From: an uncultured Candidatus Saccharibacteria bacterium
Lineage (GTDB): Bacteria > Patescibacteriota > Minisyncoccia > Phycocordibacterales > UBA2100
Direction: 5' to 3'
DNA: 64,000 nt
NCBI GenBank assembly: GCA_964623775.1
Contig: CAZUVH010000003.1
Coordinates: forward strand, 5,739-69,738
The notes beneath the pieces are model-generated. The model was given only the letters and a program-made list of their open reading frames with translations, was not told the DNA's origin and did no database searches. Positions 38,711 through 47,478 of the stretch are shown piece by piece. The translations under genes were made by a program, and so were the position numbers. The first letter of the stretch is position 1; each line of letters opens with the position of its first letter.

Positions 38711-38819
38711 TATACCACCACACCAATAGTGGTAAGTCAGACTCCATCCTCAAAAACAAAATATATATATGCATTTGACTCCGGTGCGCAATATTTTCAG
38801 CTATTGGTGTGGTGGTGTA
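38711..38819. repeat. Inverted-repeat element A (19-bp arms, 71-nt interior)
   Basis: tataccaccacaccaatag ... ctattggtgtggtggtgta; sister element at 50262-50370. Confidence 0.8.
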
Positions 38820-38838
38820 GCATGTGATGCTATCAAAA

Positions 38839-39951
38839 TCAGGATACGTCGCCTGAGTAGTCCACAAGTATTTCACTCACAGTACTGACCTGCTCTCTTC
38901 CGGTGGCCTCAGTACTTTTGGACGCACTCGGCAAGAGTACTGATACGGTTGTACCGCTTCCCACCTCGCTTCTCACGGTAATCTTGCCGCGGTGCATGCG
39001 CACAAGCTCGGAGACAATCGTGAGGCCAAGGCCAGAGCCGCCCTGTATACGCGAACGCGAAGGATCGCCACGATAAAATGGTTCGAAAATGCGAAAGAGG
39101 TCTTTGCGGGCGATACCCACACCCGTGTCGCGCACGGTGAGTTCGACCTGCCCGCTTGCAGTTTGCCATGTCGTCAGGATCACAGAGCCGCCACGCGGAG
39201 TGTGGGTGATCGCGTTCTTGATGAGATTGCTCAGTATTTGCTGCAACGCTGTCATGTTGCCATATACATACACGTCGGTGCTTTTGCGCACGGTAATCTG
39301 CACGTTGCAGCGCGCCGCAAGACCAGCGTGCTTCGCCACAGCTTCACTCGCGAGTGCCGAAATATCGATCGAGCTGAACTCCATCTGCTCGGGACGGGTG
39401 AGACTCGAGAGCGAGAGGAGGTTGTTGATAATCTCTGATATGCGGTCGAGTTCCTCTACATTGCTCGTAATTGCCTCCTTGATGTCTGGCGTGATGGACG
39501 AATCAAAAAGCATGATCTCGCTGTTGGTCTTTATGACCGAAAGTGGCGTGCGCAGTTCGTGCGCGATATTGCCAATAAATTGCTTTTGCGCGGCGAGCGC
39601 GCTACGGGCAGGGGAGAGTGTTATGCGCGATATGATGTATCCGAAGACCATTGTGGCGACGACAATAAAAATCCCCATGAGGCCGACGTTCTGTAGGCGC
39701 AGCTGTTTCGTCTCTGCAATTATTCCAGGGGCGACCACACTTGCCGCATTGTGAGAAATTGATTCGCTGATCGTCGAGAAGATGATGGCCGCCACATCGT
39801 GCGAGAGCGTGTTGAAGACGACGAGAATCACGCCGATGATGAGCGACGCGAAAATCACCTGGAGTCCCAAGACGCGAATCTCCACCCGGAAGAACGGGTC
39901 GTCCTCGTATCTATTGAGCCAATCGGTAACCAATGCCGCGAACCGTTTCAA
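38839..39951 (-). CDS. Membrane sensor histidine kinase (start uncertain, 39951-40032)
   Basis: Two TM segments, AHELRTPL, NLIKNA, DTGVGI, FEPFYR, GSGLGL. Confidence 0.92.
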   Translation of the reverse strand: MKRFAALVTDWLNRYEDDPFFRVEIRVLGLQVIFASLIIGVILVVFNTLSHDVAAIIFSTISESISHNAASVVAPGIIAETKQLRLQNVGLMGIFIVVATMVFGYIISRITLSPARSALAAQKQFIGNIAHELRTPLSVIKTNSEIMLFDSSITPDIKEAITSNVEELDRISEIINNLLSLSSLTRPEQMEFSSIDISALASEAVAKHAGLAARCNVQITVRKSTDVYVYGNMTALQQILSNLIKNAITHTPRGGSVILTTWQTASGQVELTVRDTGVGIARKDLFRIFEPFYRGDPSRSRIQGGSGLGLTIVSELVRMHRGKITVRSEVGSGTTVSVLLPSASKSTEATGREQVSTVSEILVDYSGDVS

Positions 39952-40585
39952 GGAGGTCGCGACCGTTTCCTTCACTGAGTTTGCGTCGGAGGTTTTTGAC
40001 ATGGACATCGACGACGTTACTGAATCCCACATAATTGAAATCCCATAGATGATTAAGAAGGTCTTCGCGGTTTACGACTTGATTCGGGTGTCTCATGAAG
40101 TACTCGAGGAGCCCAAACTCCTTAAGCGTGAGCGAGATCTCCTTTCCTTCGCGTGTGACCTTGCGGCTACTAGGATTCAACTCTATCTCATCGAACTTGA
40201 GTTTCTCGGGAAGGGACTCCGTAGGGCGTCGCAAGAGCGCACGAGCTCTCGCCACTAATTCTGCAAATGAGAACGGCTTGACCAGGTAATCATCGGCGCC
40301 GGACGAGAGGAGCTTGACCTTGGTGTCTGTCTCGGCGCGGGCAGTGAGGATAAGGATGGGGACCGTGATATTCCATTCGCGAACCTGCTTACAGATCTCG
40401 AGGCCGTCCATCGACGGGAGCATGAGGTCGAGAATAATGAGGTCATAATCGCTTCGATGGAGGGAAATGCGCGTGAGCGCCTTCTTGCCGTCGGGGATCA
40501 CGTCGACCGTGTACCCCTCAAGAGCGAGTCCTTTGGAGAGGGCTGAAGATAATTTCTGTTCATCTTCAACGAGTAAAATTTTCAT
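39911..40585 (-). CDS. OmpR-family response regulator
   Basis: LVEDE, ILDLMLP, GADDYLVKPF, SNVVDVHVKNLRRKL, TVRGIGY. Confidence 0.96.
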   Translation of the reverse strand: MKILLVEDEQKLSSALSKGLALEGYTVDVIPDGKKALTRISLHRSDYDLIILDLMLPSMDGLEICKQVREWNITVPILILTARAETDTKVKLLSSGADDYLVKPFSFAELVARARALLRRPTESLPEKLKFDEIELNPSSRKVTREGKEISLTLKEFGLLEYFMRHPNQVVNREDLLNHLWDFNYVGFSNVVDVHVKNLRRKLSEGNGRDLLETVRGIGYRLAQ

Positions 40586-40803
40586 ACGTATCTTTTTGAT
40601 ATTGGCTAACGATTAAGAGCCCGAAATTGGCTTTAAACATATATACAACAGTGAATATGAAGGATTCATGATCCACTCTCTACCTCGCACTTTACTTGCC
40701 AAACTGGCAAACACAGGGTGTGCTTGCCACACGCTTTCTACAATACAAAGCGCCCTTGACGCAAGGGCATTTTATATGTCCATTACTTCATGAAGTTGCA
40801 GCG

Positions 40804-41676
40804 TTAGAGCTGCAATCCCTTCAGGAAATCCTTGAAATCACTGCCAATATCTCCGTGTTTGAGGCCAAATTCAACGACTGCCTTCATGTAGTCTAATTTA
40901 TTTCCCGTATCGTAGTATTTTCCATTCTGAATCTCGACGGCATGGATGTCCGTCTCTTTGGCAAGTGCGGTGATCGCATCGACGAGCCAGATTTCACCGC
41001 CCTTGCCGGGTTTTACTTGCTCGAGGAGGTCAAAAAGTCGCGGTGGCATGATGTAGGCGCCGTGCGTCGCGAGATCCGAGGGAGCCTCTTCCATTTTGGG
41101 CTTTTCGACGATCTTATTAATCTTGAAGACATTTTTCTCCACAGGAGAAATGTCGGCAATGCCGTACTTGCTCACGGCCGTCTTAGGTACGCGTACTGCA
41201 GAAATATTCGGTTTCTCATATTTCTCCCATGCGTCGATCATTTGCTTGAGACGCGGGGGGTCGGAATAAATAAACTCATCGCCCCAGAGAATTGCAAACG
41301 GCTCGTCGCCGATCACTGATCGGCAATTCATGACCGGTGTACCGTTGCCATACGATCCTTTTTGGCGCACGTATATAAAATTCGCCATCTCCGCAATCTT
41401 GGTGACCTCTTTTGCTTGCTCCTCTTTGCCGTTCTCTCTGAGATAGCGGGAGAGTGCAAAAGGGAAGTCGAAATGATCTTCGATCGAGCGTTTGTTCCAG
41501 CCGGTGACGATCACGATGTCGCGGATGCCTGCGGCGATCGCTTCTTCGACGACGATCTGGATGATGGGCTTGTCGACGATCGGGAGCATCTCTTTGGGCA
41601 TCGCCTTCGTGGCAGGCAAAAAGCGCGTGCCATATCCTGCTGCCGGAATAATCGCCTTCCTAATTTTCTGTGCCAT
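40804..41676 (-). CDS. galU: UTP--glucose-1-phosphate uridylyltransferase
   Basis: PAAGYGTRFLPATKAMPKEMLPIVDKP, YVRQ, GGEIWLVDAI. Confidence 0.93.
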   Translation of the reverse strand: MAQKIRKAIIPAAGYGTRFLPATKAMPKEMLPIVDKPIIQIVVEEAIAAGIRDIVIVTGWNKRSIEDHFDFPFALSRYLRENGKEEQAKEVTKIAEMANFIYVRQKGSYGNGTPVMNCRSVIGDEPFAILWGDEFIYSDPPRLKQMIDAWEKYEKPNISAVRVPKTAVSKYGIADISPVEKNVFKINKIVEKPKMEEAPSDLATHGAYIMPPRLFDLLEQVKPGKGGEIWLVDAITALAKETDIHAVEIQNGKYYDTGNKLDYMKAVVEFGLKHGDIGSDFKDFLKGLQL

Positions 41677-41810
41677 GCCCCTCACACGAAAAGGCATTGC
41701 TGCTTTGCAGCAGAACAATACCTGTTCGTTACTAGTGAATAAGCCGCACGATGTGAAGAATCAGTGGGTGTTGAAACTAACAATACCTTTTCGTGTGTTG
41801 GGGCCATGCC
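41672..41810 (-). repeat. Hairpin element flanked by 8-bp direct repeat in galU leader
   Basis: GCCATGCC at 41672-41679 and 41803-41810; arms 41678-41699 and 41781-41803 with a 12-bp perfect core. Confidence 0.75.
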
Positions 41811-41933
41811 GAGCATTGTAGCAAACGAATGGAGATGAGTGCAGTGCCCAGCGCCAGTAGGCGGCGGGTGCAAGACCAAATTTGCGCGCTACGCCCGCCG
41901 TGCGCAAAAAATGCATTTTTCTGTGGACAATGA

Positions 41934-42818
41934 TCAGATGAGCTCCGCGTGGAAACTTTGGAATTGGACATCCATGAAGTCGGTGCGGATGCCGATGTGG
42001 CCTTCGCCGATTATCGGTGTGTTGCCGAATCGCTTACCGTCGTCGAGTGCCGAGAGAATCTCGTGCCACGTGCCTTTCTCGTCGGTCAAATACATCCGAA
42101 TTGTGACGGTGCCGTCTCGTTGCGTGATGGTCTGTGCGCGCAGACCAAGCCATGTGTCGTGGGGGAGCAGATTTATGTCCTCGACACGCGAATAGTGTCC
42201 GGGAAATATTTTTTGCTGCGCCATCGTGTAATACACCCCTTGATACTTTTTCTTGATGACCGCGGTCCCGTCGACGCGGATGCCCGCGTAGTAGAGCGTC
42301 TCGCCCGTAGGGCTACGACCGAGGGTGTCGCCGTCTTGATAGCGACTCATGAGGAGGACGCCGTTGGATTCATTGCGATTTTTGCTCCGACTGAAATTAT
42401 CGGCTGTTATTTTGAAGAAAAATTCTTGTTGGACATTGCTCCAGAGGCTTTTGGATACGAGACGGAAGATATTTTGCGGATGGAATCCGTTGTCGGTGTC
42501 CACCGGATTGGTGATCGCGTAGGCGAGGCGCCAGTGATCGAGAATCGCGAGACGTCCTTGCACGGTACCGCCGTATGAGCCGTTGTCGAACATCTTGCCG
42601 CCGGAATCGAGCCACCAGTATGGGCTCGAACTGTGTTCCGTAGAGTCGGACTCATAGAGAATTTCAGGCACGTTGAATACGTAGGTGAATGATGACGGGC
42701 GAAGCGGCTGCTCCTCAGCTGGCGGCGCACTGCGCTGTGAAATTATGTGCATGGCCGCAAGAATCGCGATGGTCGCGAAAATAACGAGGGTAATCCTGAG
42801 GCGATTCTGTAGCCACAT
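41934..42818 (-). CDS. Membrane-anchored beta-sandwich (lectin/ConA-like) hypothetical protein
   Basis: N-terminal TM, aromatic-rich beta content, C-terminal GHIGIRTDFMDVQF; in the EPS operon. Confidence 0.7.
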   Translation of the reverse strand: MWLQNRLRITLVIFATIAILAAMHIISQRSAPPAEEQPLRPSSFTYVFNVPEILYESDSTEHSSSPYWWLDSGGKMFDNGSYGGTVQGRLAILDHWRLAYAITNPVDTDNGFHPQNIFRLVSKSLWSNVQQEFFFKITADNFSRSKNRNESNGVLLMSRYQDGDTLGRSPTGETLYYAGIRVDGTAVIKKKYQGVYYTMAQQKIFPGHYSRVEDINLLPHDTWLGLRAQTITQRDGTVTIRMYLTDEKGTWHEILSALDDGKRFGNTPIIGEGHIGIRTDFMDVQFQSFHAELI

Positions 42819-42820
42819 GG

Positions 42821-44389
42821 CTAGGGGAGTGCTCGTACGGAGAGATCTGCAAAGGTGCTCTTGGCGACGCCAAAGCGCGCATCCCACACTTTGACACCAA
42901 TGCCGCCAGTCGAGAGGTCGTTGAAAGCGGCACTCACTACCGCACTACCATCGACAAAACACTGTACCGACTGCCCCTCGACGCGCATCCCGAGCAAGAG
43001 GGGGCCATGCAATGTAGTGCGCGGCACGAACGCAAGGCGGATCACTTCCTCTCCACGCTGCTCGTCGACGGCGACGCCGTTTCGTAGGACCGAGCAGGCG
43101 ACGTTGCGCGTATCGTCGGTATTGCGAGCGATAAGCGCCACGTTCTCGCCGGCGATCCACACCACGCTCGCGGTGAATTCGTAATCGCGCCACCACCCCG
43201 AGCCGTTCAAAAAGCCCGATGATCCGGTCGAATCGCTCCGCGCAGCGAGGGTAATCGTGCCGTTTTCTTTTTCGATATCTCCCCAGATGCCCACCCATTC
43301 GTCGCCGATACGTGCCGAAGTGTAGGGAAGAGGCTTCGCGTACCCGGCTTCGAGCGCCCGCATAAGATCTTGCCCATCCCAATTGAGCGGAGGCTCGATG
43401 CGCTTGATCGCAAACACGTCTTTGTCTGGGTAATTAAATGAGTCACCGTTGGCGCTCCAGTGCTGGTAGAAGGCAAATGTATATATGGATGGCACGACTC
43501 GCGCGATAATCTCGGTGGAGCCGGAGAAATTCACTGTGCTTTCTCCGAAATCATTGAACGGATAGGCAAAGGAGTGGACGGTATGGCCGAATGTCTTTTC
43601 GAGTCTTTGGCGTGCCTCGATGAGGTCGGTCCGTATACGCGTCGCAAATTCCTCGTCGGTCTCGAAGCGGTTGGCCGCATCGTTCCAGAATTTATTGCTC
43701 AAGAAATTGCCCTGCACTGTCTGCGCATCCTGCGAGAGGTCGGTCGTGCTCTGAACGTTGTATTTGAAGTGGTCTCTGTGTCCGTGCGACTGCAATTCCC
43801 ACCGCCCCGTCTCCAGCATGAAGTCGAGCTCCTTCTTAGTGAGGTAAAAGTCGGCGGGCTTGCCTTTGTCGGGCATCGAGAATCCCGTGACGACAAACAT
43901 GACGCTGTGGAACCCCATGTCATCGAGTATCGGATCGAATGGATAGAAAGTGTCGCGGCGGCCGTCGTCGAATGTGAGGAGGAATGATTTGTCGGGGAGC
44001 TGTTTGCCGTTTTTCATAAAATCATGAAACTCGGTCATGGCGATCGTGCGCCAACCGTTCTTCTTGAGTGCTCGCATTTGGTCGACGAAGAGCGAGACAG
44101 GTGTATTGCCTTTGGACGCACTTTCGCCGTGGTAGAGCAAGACGGGGATGGACTTGGCGGGAATGGTCGAAGTCGCTTGAGCATACGCGGAGACGTCGCT
44201 CTGCGGATATTTGTAGAATACCCAGTAATACGTCGTGGCTCGTATACGCGAAATGAGCGATGAACTGCTTAGTGTAAATCCAGAAACGGCGTCAAAAAGT
44301 AAAAATACACCGATGCCGGTCGCTATGAGTACTAAAGCGACTGTGATCGGAAACACTTTCTCTTTGGTGGCTTGGATATACGCTGACAT
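42821..44389 (-). CDS. Polysaccharide deacetylase (IcaB/PgaB-like CE4) with C-terminal beta domain
   Basis: IPVLLYHG, LTFDDG, LQSHG..H, FAYPF. Confidence 0.9.
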   Translation of the reverse strand: MSAYIQATKEKVFPITVALVLIATGIGVFLLFDAVSGFTLSSSSLISRIRATTYYWVFYKYPQSDVSAYAQATSTIPAKSIPVLLYHGESASKGNTPVSLFVDQMRALKKNGWRTIAMTEFHDFMKNGKQLPDKSFLLTFDDGRRDTFYPFDPILDDMGFHSVMFVVTGFSMPDKGKPADFYLTKKELDFMLETGRWELQSHGHRDHFKYNVQSTTDLSQDAQTVQGNFLSNKFWNDAANRFETDEEFATRIRTDLIEARQRLEKTFGHTVHSFAYPFNDFGESTVNFSGSTEIIARVVPSIYTFAFYQHWSANGDSFNYPDKDVFAIKRIEPPLNWDGQDLMRALEAGYAKPLPYTSARIGDEWVGIWGDIEKENGTITLAARSDSTGSSGFLNGSGWWRDYEFTASVVWIAGENVALIARNTDDTRNVACSVLRNGVAVDEQRGEEVIRLAFVPRTTLHGPLLLGMRVEGQSVQCFVDGSAVVSAAFNDLSTGGIGVKVWDARFGVAKSTFADLSVRALP

Positions 44390-44390
44390 A

Positions 44391-44470
44391 AAATTTACAA
44401 TTTACAATTTTCAATCAATTTCCAATGATAAATTTTCATTTGAAAATTAAAAATTGAGAATTGAAAATTC
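44391..44470. repeat. AT-rich heptamer inverted repeat
   Basis: AATTT(A/T)C units mirrored by (T)GAAAATT units. Confidence 0.65.
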
Positions 44471-44476
44471 ATATTT

Positions 44477-45793
44477 CTATCGGGTGCCCCACTTGGTGTC
44501 CGCGATCGTGATCACCGCCCACGGGAGCTGCCACATGAGGACGACGGTGTAAAACCAGAACGTCGCAACGGGCCAAAGCCATGGCTCGCCCCTGCGGTGT
44601 GCGCGGTAGTAGAGGCCGTGGAGTGCGAGCATGATGAAAAGTCCGAAGAGATAGACGAACGGCATGATGCCGGAGAGAAATGGATTCCATACCATCGCAT
44701 GGAGAAAGACAATCGGGGAGGAAAATGCGAGGAAGAGGTATATGTAAAAGAAAAGCGCGGCAAACTTGTTCTTCCTCCAGATAAATGTCGCCGCGATCAT
44801 GGTCTCGCGCACCCACGATTTTTTCCACCGCTGCTGTTGGCGCATATATTTGCCGAATGTGTCGGGCACGACCGTGACGGCTTTTGCGTCGGGATTGTAG
44901 GTGGCGTCGTATTTACGAAGCATGTAATTGGTGAGCGAGCGATCGTCGCCGAAGGTGCATTCGCGTCCCAAGAATTTCTGATGGAGCCATTCGTCGATGA
45001 ATTCGAGGAGATATTCGCGGCGATATGCAGAACAGCAACCGGGGCAGCACGTCACAATCCCAAAGATCGATTCTGCCGCTTTGTAGACCCTGAATGACAC
45101 GTAGTAGCGCAGCGTCTGCATCTGTGTGAGTAGATTTGTATCTTTATTGTGGACATCAGTGTGGCCGGAGACGGCACCGATCTGCGGCTGTACAAAATAC
45201 TTTACGAGCTCACGGACGCAGTCTTTCTCCACGAAACTGTCCGAATCGATAAAAATAATGATGTCATTTCGCGCGCGCTTAACGCCCTCGGCCATGCCGT
45301 GGCGTTTACCGAGATTTACCTCGAAATTCACGACCTCGACGCGTGCTATTGTGGTCCTGATCGATTCCGCCGCCTGCAGCATCATCTCGTAGGTGCGATC
45401 GGTCGATCCATCGTTGATCGCAATGACCTCGATTTTCTTGAGCGGATAATTTACCTCCGCGAATCTTTGAATAGTTTCGTAGATATTGTCCTCCTCATTC
45501 TTTGCGGGCACCACGAAGCTGATTGTCGGCTCATACGAGGGGTCGGCATAGACCGGCGCATGAAAATACGAGAGGAGAAATCTGGATAACACGTAGAACG
45601 TGATCGCGATCGAGTAGATACCAAAGAAAAGACCGTCATTGATGTAATTTCCACCCATGACTTTGATGAGGACAATGACATAGAGGACGACAAAAAATGC
45701 AAACCACCACCCCGACCACCAGGAGGCAAGACGCGTCTCAGAATTTCGCTCAAGCGTCGGTTGAGCGATCACACTGTCCACAGCATTATTCAT
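44477..45793 (-). CDS. Processive GT2 synthase, hyaluronan synthase/NodC-like
   Basis: DGSTD, GKR, DSD, CCPGCCSAYR, GDDRSLTN, QQQRWKKSW, WGTR; TM helices at both ends. Confidence 0.9.
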   Translation of the reverse strand: MNNAVDSVIAQPTLERNSETRLASWWSGWWFAFFVVLYVIVLIKVMGGNYINDGLFFGIYSIAITFYVLSRFLLSYFHAPVYADPSYEPTISFVVPAKNEEDNIYETIQRFAEVNYPLKKIEVIAINDGSTDRTYEMMLQAAESIRTTIARVEVVNFEVNLGKRHGMAEGVKRARNDIIIFIDSDSFVEKDCVRELVKYFVQPQIGAVSGHTDVHNKDTNLLTQMQTLRYYVSFRVYKAAESIFGIVTCCPGCCSAYRREYLLEFIDEWLHQKFLGRECTFGDDRSLTNYMLRKYDATYNPDAKAVTVVPDTFGKYMRQQQRWKKSWVRETMIAATFIWRKNKFAALFFYIYLFLAFSSPIVFLHAMVWNPFLSGIMPFVYLFGLFIMLALHGLYYRAHRRGEPWLWPVATFWFYTVVLMWQLPWAVITIADTKWGTR

Positions 45794-45795
45794 AT

Positions 45796-47196
45796 TTAGC
45801 GGCGACCGATTCCGCGGTACGTGATGGATGAACCGGCAAAAGAATCTTTGTCGAGACAATTGCGTCCGTCGACAACGATCGAAATGCCGAATTTTTCAAA
45901 ATCTTCAGGTGTAAGGTCGCGAAATGCGGCGTGATCGGTAGCGATCACGACCGCGTCAGCGCCATCGAGCGCTTCTTCAAGACTTTTTGCGCTCGACTCG
46001 CGCGGAATGTACGGATCCCACGTGCGTACAGTGGCGCCGCCCTCGATCAATCCTTTTTTTATAGCGAGCGCGGGACTTTCGCGTACGTCCGGGACGTCAC
46101 GCTTGTATGCGAGGCCCAAGAGCGCAACCTTCGAACCCTGGAGACCCATGTCGCGTTTCTCAAGCGCGTCCTCAAGTACATTTACTGTATAGAGCGGCAT
46201 ATTGTTGTTGATGCGCCGAGCAGTCATGAGGAAGCGGTGCGCAAAGCCATTCTCTTCGCCATAACGAATCAGATAATACGGATCGACCGGGATGCAGTGT
46301 CCACCGACGCCACAACCGGGATAATGCGGCATAAAACCAAAAGGTTTGGTGGAAGCGCCCTTGATGACGTTGACCACATCTATACCGGCACGATCAAACG
46401 CCATCGCGAGTTCGTTGACGAAGGCGATGTTGATATCGCGGAAGGAGTTCTCCACCATCTTTACCGCCTCTGCTTCTTTGATCGAATCCATCGGGACGAT
46501 CTCGGCATCGACGAGTGTGCGGTAGACGCGCGATGCGAGGCGAAGACTCTCATAATTGAGTCCGCCGACGACGCGGGGGATCGTGCGCACGTCCCATGTG
46601 GCATCGCCAGGATTGATACGTTCGGGGCAGTGCGCAAAATAAAATTGGTCGCGGGAGAGTCCGGATTCTTTCTCAATGATCGGAAGCGAGACCTCTTCGC
46701 AGGCGCCGGGATTGACCGTGGACTCGATGATGACAAGTGCGCCCTCTGTAATATTCTGACCGACTATTTTGGAGGCATCCTCAAGTGGACGAAGATCAGG
46801 GAGGTGGTCTTCGTGTACGGGCGTGGGGACGCACACGATAAATGTGTCCGCACCTTTCAATTTCGATTGATCTGCTGTGACGGTGAGGGATCGTGCCCGC
46901 TTGAATTGACCCGACTCCTCTTCGTTGAGGAAATTTGCTTCACGCTTTTCAAGCTGCGCGACCTTCACTTCGTCGATATCGAATCCAATGACCTTGAATC
47001 CGCGCGTTGCGGCGAGTATGGCGAGCGGCAATCCGACGTAGCCGAGGCCCACAATCGCAATCGTAGACGTTGTGGTCTGGTCGCTTTGCCCTGCGTCGGA
47101 TCTTGTGACGATGTCATTAAAATCAGAAGAAGACTTTCTCCCCGATGTTTTTGTTTTCCGTGTTTGTGAAATTTCAGCGATCTGTTCTGGTGACAT
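45796..47196 (-). CDS. Nucleotide-sugar 6-dehydrogenase (WecC/WbpA-like; alternative TTG start 47226)
   Basis: GLGYVGLP, CVPTP, EST, PERINPG, ENSFRDINIAFVNE, GVGGHCIPVDP. Confidence 0.92.
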   Translation of the reverse strand: MSPEQIAEISQTRKTKTSGRKSSSDFNDIVTRSDAGQSDQTTTSTIAIVGLGYVGLPLAILAATRGFKVIGFDIDEVKVAQLEKREANFLNEEESGQFKRARSLTVTADQSKLKGADTFIVCVPTPVHEDHLPDLRPLEDASKIVGQNITEGALVIIESTVNPGACEEVSLPIIEKESGLSRDQFYFAHCPERINPGDATWDVRTIPRVVGGLNYESLRLASRVYRTLVDAEIVPMDSIKEAEAVKMVENSFRDINIAFVNELAMAFDRAGIDVVNVIKGASTKPFGFMPHYPGCGVGGHCIPVDPYYLIRYGEENGFAHRFLMTARRINNNMPLYTVNVLEDALEKRDMGLQGSKVALLGLAYKRDVPDVRESPALAIKKGLIEGGATVRTWDPYIPRESSAKSLEEALDGADAVVIATDHAAFRDLTPEDFEKFGISIVVDGRNCLDKDSFAGSSITYRGIGRR

Positions 47197-47435
47197 AAAA
47201 AATTTGACGCTACTACCTTTGGGCAATTACGAATGCGTTCATGTTTTGTTCATCTTTTCTGCATCCGTTGTGCGACGCCGTGATGATGGGTCCGTGTACA
47301 CGCCGGGGCGGTCGCAAAAAGTGGCGGCCGCCCCGAGCAGTACGTTACGTAGTTCGGAAGAACCCGCGCGGGAGAACCTCCTCCTAGGTTGTGGAGATTC
47401 TCCTGCATGTGCTCTAAGGAGCTAGACTAAGGGAG

Positions 47436-47467
47436 ATTTTATACAAGGGGGGTGAAGTGAAGATGAA
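47436..47467 (-). promoter_or_regulatory. Putative activator-dependent promoter of EPS operon
   Basis: TTCAT-cttcac-TTCAC-N10-TAAAAT. Confidence 0.5.
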
Positions 47468-47478
47468 GAGGGGGGTGT

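Noticed and set aside
36325-38729. Long antisense ORFs over murQ (36325..37272) and PMM (37623..38729)
   Set aside because: They fully overlap well-supported genes on the opposite strand
45931-47169. 412-aa ORF antisense to the dehydrogenase
   Set aside because: Antisense shadow with no start signals or motifs
47305-47316. GGGGCGGTCGC resembling an ops/JUMPstart element
   Set aside because: It mismatches GGCGGTAG and lies on the wrong strand for the EPS operon
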